This document shows positions 30,346-37,049 of a DNA stretch of 39,946 nucleotides, in pieces. Source of the DNA: Bacteroidaceae bacterium (lineage in GTDB: Bacteria; Bacteroidota; Bacteroidia; Bacteroidales; Bacteroidaceae). Where the stretch lies: contig JABUUA010000002.1 in assembly GCA_021443405.1 (NCBI GenBank), forward strand, positions 1-39,946, given 5' to 3'. The notes beneath the pieces are model-generated. The model was not told the origin of the DNA, ran no database searches, and worked only from the letters and a program-made list of their open reading frames with translations. The position numbers and the translations under genes are program-made. Each line of letters opens with the position of its first letter. Positions within the stretch are counted from its first letter, which is position 1.

Positions 30346-30376
30346 TTTGGTTTTACCAAAATAAGCCGTATCTTTG
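30346..30376 (+). promoter_or_regulatory. Consensus Bacteroidota promoter in front of the inositol-lipid genes.
   Basis: TTTG (30346-30349)-N19-TATCTTTG (30369-30376), 32 nt upstream of the ATG at 30408. Confidence 0.6.
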
Positions 30377-30407
30377 CATATCTATTTAGTATTATTCGCG
30401 CGCAAGC

Positions 30408-30902
30408 ATGACGCAAGATAAAATCCGCAAGACCGACGTGGCATTGGTCACCACACTGGGCGCAGGTTTCTGGCCGTGGGGGCCCGGCACCGCAGGAGCT
30501 GCCGTCGGCGTGCTGTTCTGGTGGGTGGGCGCCCTCCTGTTCCCCTACTCCACTGTATGGTGGGGCACGCTCGCAGCTATTGTCCTTGTCAACACTTTTT
30601 CCGTTCCCGCCATCAACCGCATCGAGCGTCATTGGGGCGAAGACCCCAGTCGTGTGGTCATCGACGAGACGGTGGGCGTCTGGATTTGCCTGCTCGGCGT
30701 ACCGGCCACCATGGAGTGGTACTATATCCTTGCCGCGTTCCTGCTGTTCCGTTTCTTCGACATCCTCAAGCCTTTCGGCATTCGCAAGATGGAGGCGTTC
30801 CCCGGAGGATGGGGCGTGATGCTGGACGATATTCTGTCGGGCATCTACGGCCTCGTCGTGCTACTGGCGGCGCAGGTCGTTCTTCTTTGGTTCGCCAACT
30901 GA
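30408..30902 (+). CDS. PgpA-family phosphatidylglycerophosphatase A-like lipid phosphatase. By context, a candidate phosphatidylinositol-phosphate phosphatase.
   Basis: GAGFWPWGPGTAGA, VIDETVGVW, FRFFDILKPFGIRK and GGWGVMLDDILSGIYG all match the PgpA pattern. Confidence 0.85.
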   Translation: MTQDKIRKTDVALVTTLGAGFWPWGPGTAGAAVGVLFWWVGALLFPYSTVWWGTLAAIVLVNTFSVPAINRIERHWGEDPSRVVIDETVGVWICLLGVPATMEWYYILAAFLLFRFFDILKPFGIRKMEAFPGGWGVMLDDILSGIYGLVVLLAAQVVLLWFAN

Positions 30903-30909
30903 TTACATT

Positions 30910-31338
30910 ATGGGAAAGACGCTCCGACAATTAGGCAAGGCACAGCTTTCGGCGGCGACAGCCACGGCGCTCGACTATGCGGTCACGGCCTTTTTGTTTC
31001 GTTTCGTTGGTTTTTCCTATGGCGCCAGCACCCTATGCGGCACGGCATCAGGCGGACTGCTCAACTGCGCCATCAATTACTACTGGACCTTCTCGGGCAA
31101 CAATGTGCGCAAGCGCAACGTACTGTTCAAGTACCTCGTCACGTGGTTGGTAAGCATTGTGCTGAACACCGAAGGCACGGTGTGGATGACAGCTCTGCTG
31201 GAGCACACGGGCATGCCGGCGGGGTTGTCCACACTGATGACCGCCCGCATCATCGTGTCCGTGCTGGTCGCTGTGCTGTGGAACTTCCTTGCGCAGAAAT
31301 TTTTTGTCTATCGCAGAATCAACATCAAAAAACAATAG
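30910..31338 (+). CDS. GtrA-family small membrane protein.
   Basis: 142 aa with four hydrophobic spans. Contains LLNCAINYYWTFSG and LWNFLAQKFFVYRR, typical of GtrA-like proteins. Confidence 0.75.
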   Translation: MGKTLRQLGKAQLSAATATALDYAVTAFLFRFVGFSYGASTLCGTASGGLLNCAINYYWTFSGNNVRKRNVLFKYLVTWLVSIVLNTEGTVWMTALLEHTGMPAGLSTLMTARIIVSVLVAVLWNFLAQKFFVYRRINIKKQ

Positions 31339-31342
31339 CCCT

Positions 31343-32002
31343 ATGGCAAACTTTTACTCAGTTCTTCGCGACGGCATCCAGAAAGCCGTGTACGTGCTCA
31401 TCGACAAGCCCATCGCCTTGGCCGTGAAGATAGGCCTTACGCCCAACGGCATCACCACCCTTGGTCTGCTGGGCAACATACTGGCGGCCGGACTTTTCGT
31501 GCTGGCCACGCTCTACCCCGAACATCAGTACGCCTTCATCGGTTGGGGCGGTGCCACCATCCTCCTCTCCAGCATCATGGACATGGTGGACGGGCGCATG
31601 GCACGCACCTGCGACCTGTGTTCCACGTTCGGTGCTTTCTACGACTCGGTGCTCGACCGCTATTGCGAACTGCTCACCCTTGCCGGCATCGTTTACTATT
31701 TCTTTGCGGTCGGAGAGGAATGGATGGCTCTGGTCACCCTGCTCTCGCTCATCGGCAGCATCATGGTGAGCTATGTCCGTGCTCGCGCCGAAGGTTTGGG
31801 CATTGAATGCAAAGTGGGCCTCATGCAACGTCCCGAGCGCGTGGTGCTCACTTGCTTAGGTGCTGTGCTCTGCGGCGCGCTGGCACCGGTGGTTCCCTTC
31901 CACCCTCTTTGGCTTCTCGTCACGCCGCAAATCATCATCGCTGTGCTGGCTAACATCACAGCCTTCCACCGTATTCTCCACGTAGGCAAGCAGTGCTCAT
32001 GA
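31343..32002 (+). CDS. CDP-alcohol phosphatidyltransferase, phosphatidylinositol-phosphate synthase-like subgroup.
   Basis: Signature D-x2-DG-x2-AR-x8-G-x3-D-x3-D in DMVDGRMARTCDLCSTFGAFYDSVLDRYCE. Also SYVRARAEGLG...QRPERVVL. The start MANFYSVL (ATG at 31343) lies 4 nt after the GtrA stop. Confidence 0.85.
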   Translation: MANFYSVLRDGIQKAVYVLIDKPIALAVKIGLTPNGITTLGLLGNILAAGLFVLATLYPEHQYAFIGWGGATILLSSIMDMVDGRMARTCDLCSTFGAFYDSVLDRYCELLTLAGIVYYFFAVGEEWMALVTLLSLIGSIMVSYVRARAEGLGIECKVGLMQRPERVVLTCLGAVLCGALAPVVPFHPLWLLVTPQIIIAVLANITAFHRILHVGKQCS

Positions 32003-32802
32003 AGCGATTCATACTAAGTCTCATCGGGGTGTTCGCCCCCATCCTCCTCTACGCCGTGCTCTACTTTGCCATGGGACTATGGCCGAGTTGCAACATGCCC
32101 CACATCGACGTGCGCGAACTCTACGAAGCTGAGAAGGCCATCTTTGGCATTGCCACAGAAGCGGGCACGCAGACGCCCGGCGAATGGTTTGCCGAGCACA
32201 CCTACCCCCTCGCCGACTTGTACGCCGGTTTCTCCTATCTTTGCTGGGTGCCACTGCCGGTTCTCTTCGCCTTTGTCCTGTTCTTCCGCGAAGAACGGCC
32301 CCTTGCCTTCCGTTTCATGATGGCGTTCTTAGTGGTGAACCTCATCGGATTCGCAGGCTATTACCTCCATCCCGCGGCGCCGCCATGGTATGTGATGCAG
32401 CACGGCTTCGAGGTCATCAAGGGAACGCCCGGCAATGCGGCGGGCCTCATCCGCTTCGACGAACTGGTGGGCATCCCCGTGTTCCAGAGCATCTATACGG
32501 GCAACAGCAACGTGTTCGCCGCCGTGCCCTCGCTGCATTCCGCCTATCTCCCCATCACCCTCTTCTATGCCTTGAAGAGCCGCCACGCCCGTGGCTGGCT
32601 GCCCATCATCGTGGTGGTGATGTTCGGAATCTGGTTTGCCGCCGTGTATTCTGCCCATCATTATTGCATCGACGTCCTGTTGGGCATTCTCACGGCCCTA
32701 TTTGGCGTCATTCTCTTTGAAAAAGGTTTCAAAAGTCGCACCGGGAAGGCCCTTTTCCAACGCTACGCCGACTTTTTTGCATTAAAAGCACGAAAAAAGT
32801 GA
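31999..32802 (+). CDS. PAP2-superfamily membrane enzyme of the Aur1 / inositol phosphorylceramide synthase type.
   Basis: AAPPWYV, GLIRFDELVGIPVF, NVFAAVPSLHSAY and YSAHHYCIDVLLG parallel fungal Aur1 motifs PPWY, FGAFPSLHS and THHYFVD. ATGA overlap with the preceding gene at 31999-32002. Confidence 0.8.
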   Translation: MKRFILSLIGVFAPILLYAVLYFAMGLWPSCNMPHIDVRELYEAEKAIFGIATEAGTQTPGEWFAEHTYPLADLYAGFSYLCWVPLPVLFAFVLFFREERPLAFRFMMAFLVVNLIGFAGYYLHPAAPPWYVMQHGFEVIKGTPGNAAGLIRFDELVGIPVFQSIYTGNSNVFAAVPSLHSAYLPITLFYALKSRHARGWLPIIVVVMFGIWFAAVYSAHHYCIDVLLGILTALFGVILFEKGFKSRTGKALFQRYADFFALKARKK

Positions 32803-32820
32803 ATTTTATTTAAGATTTCT

Positions 32821-32851
32821 TTTGCGTATAAAGAAAAAATGTGTAACTTTG
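32821..32851 (+). promoter_or_regulatory. Consensus Bacteroidota promoter with no protein gene behind it.
   Basis: TTTG (32821-32824)-N19-TAACTTTG (32844-32851). Confidence 0.5.
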
Positions 32852-32856
32852 CAGTA

Positions 32857-32957
32857 CCACTAATATGACATCGGACGTTTCTACTGTCGATGTTAATTTT
32901 TTACTGTCGTTATAATGTACTACTGTACTGGCTCGGGAGAGCCGGTACAGTTTTTTT
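32857..32957 (+). ncRNA. Candidate small RNA of about 100 nt, bounded by the promoter at 32821-32851 and an intrinsic terminator.
   Basis: Two hairpins. ACATCG(G)AC...GTCGATGT (32868-32893) is followed by TAATTTTTT. GTACTGGCTC-GGGA-GAGCCGGTAC (32925-32948) is followed by AG-T7. The transcription start site is assumed, not observed. Confidence 0.4.
32925..32957 (+). terminator. Rho-independent terminator. It ends the lipid operon and/or the candidate sRNA.
   Basis: 10-bp stem with one G-U pair, GGGA loop, and a T7 tract at 32951-32957. Confidence 0.8.
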
Positions 32958-33458
32958 ATGCACCCGCTCCGTCGCCCCAGTCATCCACGGAACCCGGGCA
33001 AGACTTCCAGTTGACAAAATGTCAAAACGCAGGTGGCTCAAAACAGCCGTAAAATAAAATTTCGTCCAGCCGCCCGCTTCTGCGCAACGCCAGCGCGGGA
33101 TATTGTTCGTTGATAATAAGGCGATTGAGAATCTTCATCCCGAGAAAAGGTTGTAAAACCGCCGGAAAATCGGGAAAAACATACGGTCGAATGAGCCAAT
33201 TCGTCCAGACGAATTGCAACATTCATATAGAAGAATCGTCAAAGACAACCGCATGACCCATGCCGGGTCACCGCGGAAACCGTTTTTGGCCCTCCAGATG
33301 ACCTCATACAGTCATCCGTTCATTCTATTTCACTCGAAATTTCGTCTGAAATCCGTCGGCAAAAAGAAAGCGGAACCGCACGAGCGCGCGTAAAGTGAAA
33401 GCAAAAGGCGAGATTCGGCGACCGTCTGGTTATGGGCAATTACATAACAGAACATAAA

Positions 33459-33495
33459 CGAAAAATGACCTTAAAGACCACGAGGGTCCTTAAGG
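33459..33495 (-). terminator. Rho-independent terminator after the lipoprotein gene.
   Basis: On the minus-sense RNA: CCUUAAGGACC-CUCGU-GGUCUUUAAGG (11 bp, one G-U pair), then UCAUUUUUCG. It lies 24 nt after the stop at 33519. Confidence 0.75.
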
Positions 33496-33518
33496 CCATT
33501 ATAGATTCGATGCGCGGA

Positions 33519-34106
33519 TTACAGACCGAGGCCCTTCTTAGCCTTGGCAGCAGCGTCGTCGATGGCTTTGTTAGCGGCATCGGTTGCAGCCTTCTGAGCC
33601 TTAGCGGTCTCCTCAGCAACCTTCTGCTCAGCAGCAGCCTTTGCATCCTTTGCAGCGTCCTTCACAGCATTTTCAACGCCCTCAGCCACGCTCTGAGCGT
33701 CAGCCTTGGCAGCATCAACACCAGCCTTGGCAGCGTCCTCAGTAGCACCGGGAACACCCTTCACCAGGTCAACGATGTTAGCTACGTTGATGTTGGCGTT
33801 CTCCAGTTTCTCCTTGTTAGACTCGGCCCACTCCTGCAGCTTCAAAGCATACTTCTTAGCCTCATCAAGGTTGCCGGCAGCGATGAGCTCCTGAACCTTA
33901 GCCTTGGCACTCTCGATGAGCTCGGGGGCCTTGGTGAGATCACCGTTCACCACCTCCGTCAGAGCGTCGATGGGGTCCACCACTTCGTCAATCACAGCCA
34001 CGGTGTCGATGCTATCCACACCAGCAGCATTCTCTGCGGTCTTGTTGCCGCAGGCAGCAAAACTCATGGCTACAGCAGCCATAGCGAAAAGAAAAACTTT
34101 CTTCAT
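33519..34106 (-). CDS. Lipoprotein with a long Ala/Lys/Asp/Glu-rich predicted helical region.
   Basis: MKKVFLFAMAAVAMSFAACGNK gives a signal peptide plus a lipobox Cys. The rest is low-complexity, for example DAAKDAKAAAEQKVAEETAKAQKAATDAANKAIDDAAAKAKK. It has its own terminator. The overlapping plus ORF 33432-34130 is rejected. Confidence 0.75.
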   Translation of the reverse strand: MKKVFLFAMAAVAMSFAACGNKTAENAAGVDSIDTVAVIDEVVDPIDALTEVVNGDLTKAPELIESAKAKVQELIAAGNLDEAKKYALKLQEWAESNKEKLENANINVANIVDLVKGVPGATEDAAKAGVDAAKADAQSVAEGVENAVKDAAKDAKAAAEQKVAEETAKAQKAATDAANKAIDDAAAKAKKGLGL

Positions 34107-34158
34107 TGCTTTTTTGTTTTTTGTCGTTAATAAATATGGTTAATAAAAAAATGTTGTA

Positions 34159-36825
34159 TCAGAACGACGCCTTGAACGTTCCCCGGATGCCCCATCGCTG
34201 GGTGCCGGGATAGATGTAGTTCATGCGATGGACGTATTCGATGTGAAGAATCTTAAAAATATTGTGCAGACCGACGATGAGTTCCACGTACGGCTTCTTC
34301 CGGTCCATCACACGCGAGATGTACTCGTACTGCCCGCTCTTGTTGAACTGGCCAGGGAAATAGAACAAGCGACCGTCGCCCATGTTGCGCTCCAGGAAGG
34401 GATTGTTCTTGTCCGTCAGCATGCCCCATAGCATGTTGCAGCCGATGAACTCACGCCACTTCAGTCGCTTGATGAGCGGTATGCGGTTGAGCAGTTTGCC
34501 ATTCATGTCCCACGCGAGCATCAGCGCCGCATAACGGTCGTTAAGGAACTCCATGTTGCGAATCAGACTGAAGGTCTTGTCGTCAAGACGCATGATATAA
34601 CTCAGGTTGGTCGGGGGCATGCAGAGGTAGGGATAAGGCACTCTGTTCCACTGCACACCGCCTTTCATCGTGCAGTCTATCTTGCCCCACGTCTTCATCC
34701 AGAAGCGTTTGTAGATGGACATCTCCGTGAAGTTGTAGAGGAACCTCGAGTCGTCGGTGAAGCGACGCGAGCCCAGATAGCCTCCGGCCTCTATGTCACT
34801 CAAGCCACCCATGCCCACGGTATGGCTGACGAACATAATGGGCGAATCGAAGTTGGTGGTCAGACGGCGCTGCTTTGTGTTGATGTACGTGGCACCGGGC
34901 TGGTATTTGAGCGACACCGTGGCCTCGGCAAACCCGATGCGGCGCACGTTGCTCGAGGCATCGTAACCTGCCGTCGGCATGGTTTCATTCAGCGGACGAT
35001 AGATGAGCGAGCCGGTGGCCTCGTCCCACTCCCGGCGTGCCTGCAGATTGAGACGCATTCCGTTCTCCCACTCCCAGTCGTAGAGCACGTTGAAGCGCTC
35101 ATAGTAATTCATGTGCTTCACCGGCGACCACTTGAGGGCCATGAACACATTGTCGCGGTCGGTGCTAAGGAATTTGTCCGAGGGAGCCGTAACATCGTTC
35201 TGATAGGCCACGGTGATACTGCGCACGGGATACTCTCGCGGCATGTAACTCTTCTCGTTAAACGAGTAGGTCAGCTCGGCGGCGCCCTTCCAGCGCTGGT
35301 CGCCAAAACCGTATTTCACCGTTCCCTTCGCAAACCAATGCTTGTTCAGGTTCGCCGTCGTCTGGGCACTCACACGCAGACGGAAGCCTTCGACGGAGTT
35401 GGTGCCCACGAACGTGTTCACTGGCCCGAAGTCAACCTTCGAGGGATGCTCGGGATTGATACTGGTCTCCACAAAGTTCTCGATGAAGGCCTTGCCTATC
35501 CACACAAAGTATTTCATGCCACGGATGTTCTGCAGCCGCTTCATGAAAAGGTCCATCTGACTTTCGCCGGTGGTCAACGGCTCGGGGCGATACTCCTCCC
35601 AGAAGCCCACGTCGCGCATCTTGGCCGAGCTCTCCACTTTCACGTCGCCACGAATTTTGAAGGCGCGTTCGGGAATCTCCGTGAAGTCGTAACTGGTGTA
35701 CTGCACCGTGCGCTCCACCTGCAGTTTCTGCTGGATGAAGGAATAGAGCTGCAGTTGTATAATCATTTTGTTGTTGCGCACCACCTGTTCGCCACTCTGC
35801 AGCGGCTCGAAGTCCTGGATGATGTCCATGTGCTCCACAAAATTGATGTCGCTACGGGGCGGGATGTTCAGGTTGACGCGCTTCAGGCGCCACGTGCTGT
35901 CGGCCAACACATACAGCGAACCGGAGAAACCGAAGTCCTGCTGGTTGTTCGGCGTAAAGTCGAGCTTGAAGCATTTCTGGTGGTCCACGACGAGCGTGTC
36001 GGCGATAAAATAGCGATAGAAGCGGATGGCCGACGACGTGCTGATGGGCGAGATGAAGGGAAATTGCAGAAGACGGACCTCATCCTTGTAGATGTCCACG
36101 TCGGTGAAGCAGTCCGTCAGCAGGTTGTTCACGATGTCACCCGTGTTGATAATCTCGGTGACACCCTCGCTGCGCTGGCCCACCACGATGGTCTTCTCGC
36201 TCTTGGGGTCGCGACGGTATATCTGGCGACTCACCTTTTCCTCCACGGTGAGCGGCAGGATGAGCTTGCCTGTCTCGGGGCACACCTCCACGTGTTCCTT
36301 CAAGAACGGGAAGCGCTTGAAATGGTCGTCCTCAAACACCTTGGGCGTCACTTCGTTGAACGCCATCGTCATCTTCTCGTACTTATTGTAAGTGAAGTAG
36401 TCGCGCTGGTAGAGGTCGCTGGACTTCTTGGCTGCGATTACCTTGCGCATCATCTCCACGGCGGGGTTGTTCTTGCGACTGTACTTCTGCTTCTTCTTCA
36501 CCACTTCCACTTCGTTGAGCGCACTGGCCGTCTCCACCATACGGATGTCCACCTTTTGCGCACGGCCCAGCACGGGCACAATCTTGGTGTCGAAACCCAC
36601 CATCGAGAACACAAGGTCACCCTTGCGGGCCGCGATTCTGTAGTTGCCGTTGATGTCGCTGGTAACAAGGGTGTTCTTGTCGTCTGCAAAAAAGATGTGA
36701 ACACCGGGCAGAGGGTCGCCAAACTCCGTGTCGGTGACCGTTCCAGTAATCAGTTGGGCCGACGCTTTCAGCACGGCCATCATCAGCCATAGCGCCAGCA
36801 ACAAGCCTCTTTTGCAGGGTTGCAT
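34159..36825 (-). CDS. Outer-membrane protein with an N-terminal carboxypeptidase-regulatory-like domain and a large DUF5686-type region.
   Basis: The start MQPCKRGLLLALWLMMAVLKASAQ (ATG at 36825) lies behind a -7 box. Contains ITGTVTDTEFGDPLPGVHIFF...TSDINGNYRI. The C-terminus is beta-barrel-like (...GIRGTFKASF). Confidence 0.75.
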   Translation of the reverse strand: MQPCKRGLLLALWLMMAVLKASAQLITGTVTDTEFGDPLPGVHIFFADDKNTLVTSDINGNYRIAARKGDLVFSMVGFDTKIVPVLGRAQKVDIRMVETASALNEVEVVKKKQKYSRKNNPAVEMMRKVIAAKKSSDLYQRDYFTYNKYEKMTMAFNEVTPKVFEDDHFKRFPFLKEHVEVCPETGKLILPLTVEEKVSRQIYRRDPKSEKTIVVGQRSEGVTEIINTGDIVNNLLTDCFTDVDIYKDEVRLLQFPFISPISTSSAIRFYRYFIADTLVVDHQKCFKLDFTPNNQQDFGFSGSLYVLADSTWRLKRVNLNIPPRSDINFVEHMDIIQDFEPLQSGEQVVRNNKMIIQLQLYSFIQQKLQVERTVQYTSYDFTEIPERAFKIRGDVKVESSAKMRDVGFWEEYRPEPLTTGESQMDLFMKRLQNIRGMKYFVWIGKAFIENFVETSINPEHPSKVDFGPVNTFVGTNSVEGFRLRVSAQTTANLNKHWFAKGTVKYGFGDQRWKGAAELTYSFNEKSYMPREYPVRSITVAYQNDVTAPSDKFLSTDRDNVFMALKWSPVKHMNYYERFNVLYDWEWENGMRLNLQARREWDEATGSLIYRPLNETMPTAGYDASSNVRRIGFAEATVSLKYQPGATYINTKQRRLTTNFDSPIMFVSHTVGMGGLSDIEAGGYLGSRRFTDDSRFLYNFTEMSIYKRFWMKTWGKIDCTMKGGVQWNRVPYPYLCMPPTNLSYIMRLDDKTFSLIRNMEFLNDRYAALMLAWDMNGKLLNRIPLIKRLKWREFIGCNMLWGMLTDKNNPFLERNMGDGRLFYFPGQFNKSGQYEYISRVMDRKKPYVELIVGLHNIFKILHIEYVHRMNYIYPGTQRWGIRGTFKASF

Positions 36826-36864
36826 TCTTTTTACTTCTATAGAACCTATCTGTAAAATCGGGTA

Positions 36865-36872
36865 CAAAGATA
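36865..36872 (-). promoter_or_regulatory. -7 box for the DUF5686-type gene.
   Basis: The minus strand reads TATCTTTG, 39 nt upstream of the ATG at 36825. A second identical box lies at 36907-36914. Confidence 0.45.
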
Positions 36873-36990
36873 CTACTTTTCTACGAAAAAAGGAAAATTA
36901 TCACCGCAAAGATAGAGTGATTCGGACAATCAGAACACTATTCACGCCGATGGCTGCGGTGTATCTTCCAAGAAAAAGTGCTCTCGGTGC

Positions 36991-37023
36991 AAAGAAAAAG
37001 CCCCTCTCCATGCGGAGAAGGGC
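36991..37023 (-). terminator. Rho-independent terminator after nagA.
   Basis: On the minus-sense RNA: GCCCUUCUCC-GCAU-GGAGAGGGGC (10 bp, one G-U pair), followed by UUUUUCUUUG. Confidence 0.8.
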
Positions 37024-37049
37024 CCTGTGTCGTCGTGAGAAGCGGAGTA

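Noticed and set aside
28573-32720. Several Arg/Pro/Gly-rich alternative-frame ORFs: 28573-29292, 30476-30934, 31035-31427, 31461-31806 and 32184-32720, plus their minus-strand counterparts.
   Set aside because: They overlap genes that have clear family motifs. Their open frames are what GC-rich coding sequence produces.
32865-32915. 16-codon ORF (MTSDVSTVDVNFLLSL) inside the candidate sRNA.
   Set aside because: It is too short and featureless to support as a gene. It is noted under the sRNA finding as an alternative reading.
33022-33226. Two overlapping minus-strand ORFs of about 65 aa in the long convergent spacer.
   Set aside because: They have no promoter motif, no recognisable fold or signal, and they overlap each other in different frames.
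33432-34130. 232-aa plus-strand ORF opposite the lipoprotein gene.
   Set aside because: It is Ser/Leu/Gly-rich and low-complexity. It is antisense to an ORF that has a proper lipoprotein signal peptide and its own terminator.
34822-36792. 656-aa plus-strand ORF.
   Set aside because: It is an antisense shadow of the DUF5686-type gene. Its composition is H/V/G/L/R-rich and it has no recognisable motif.
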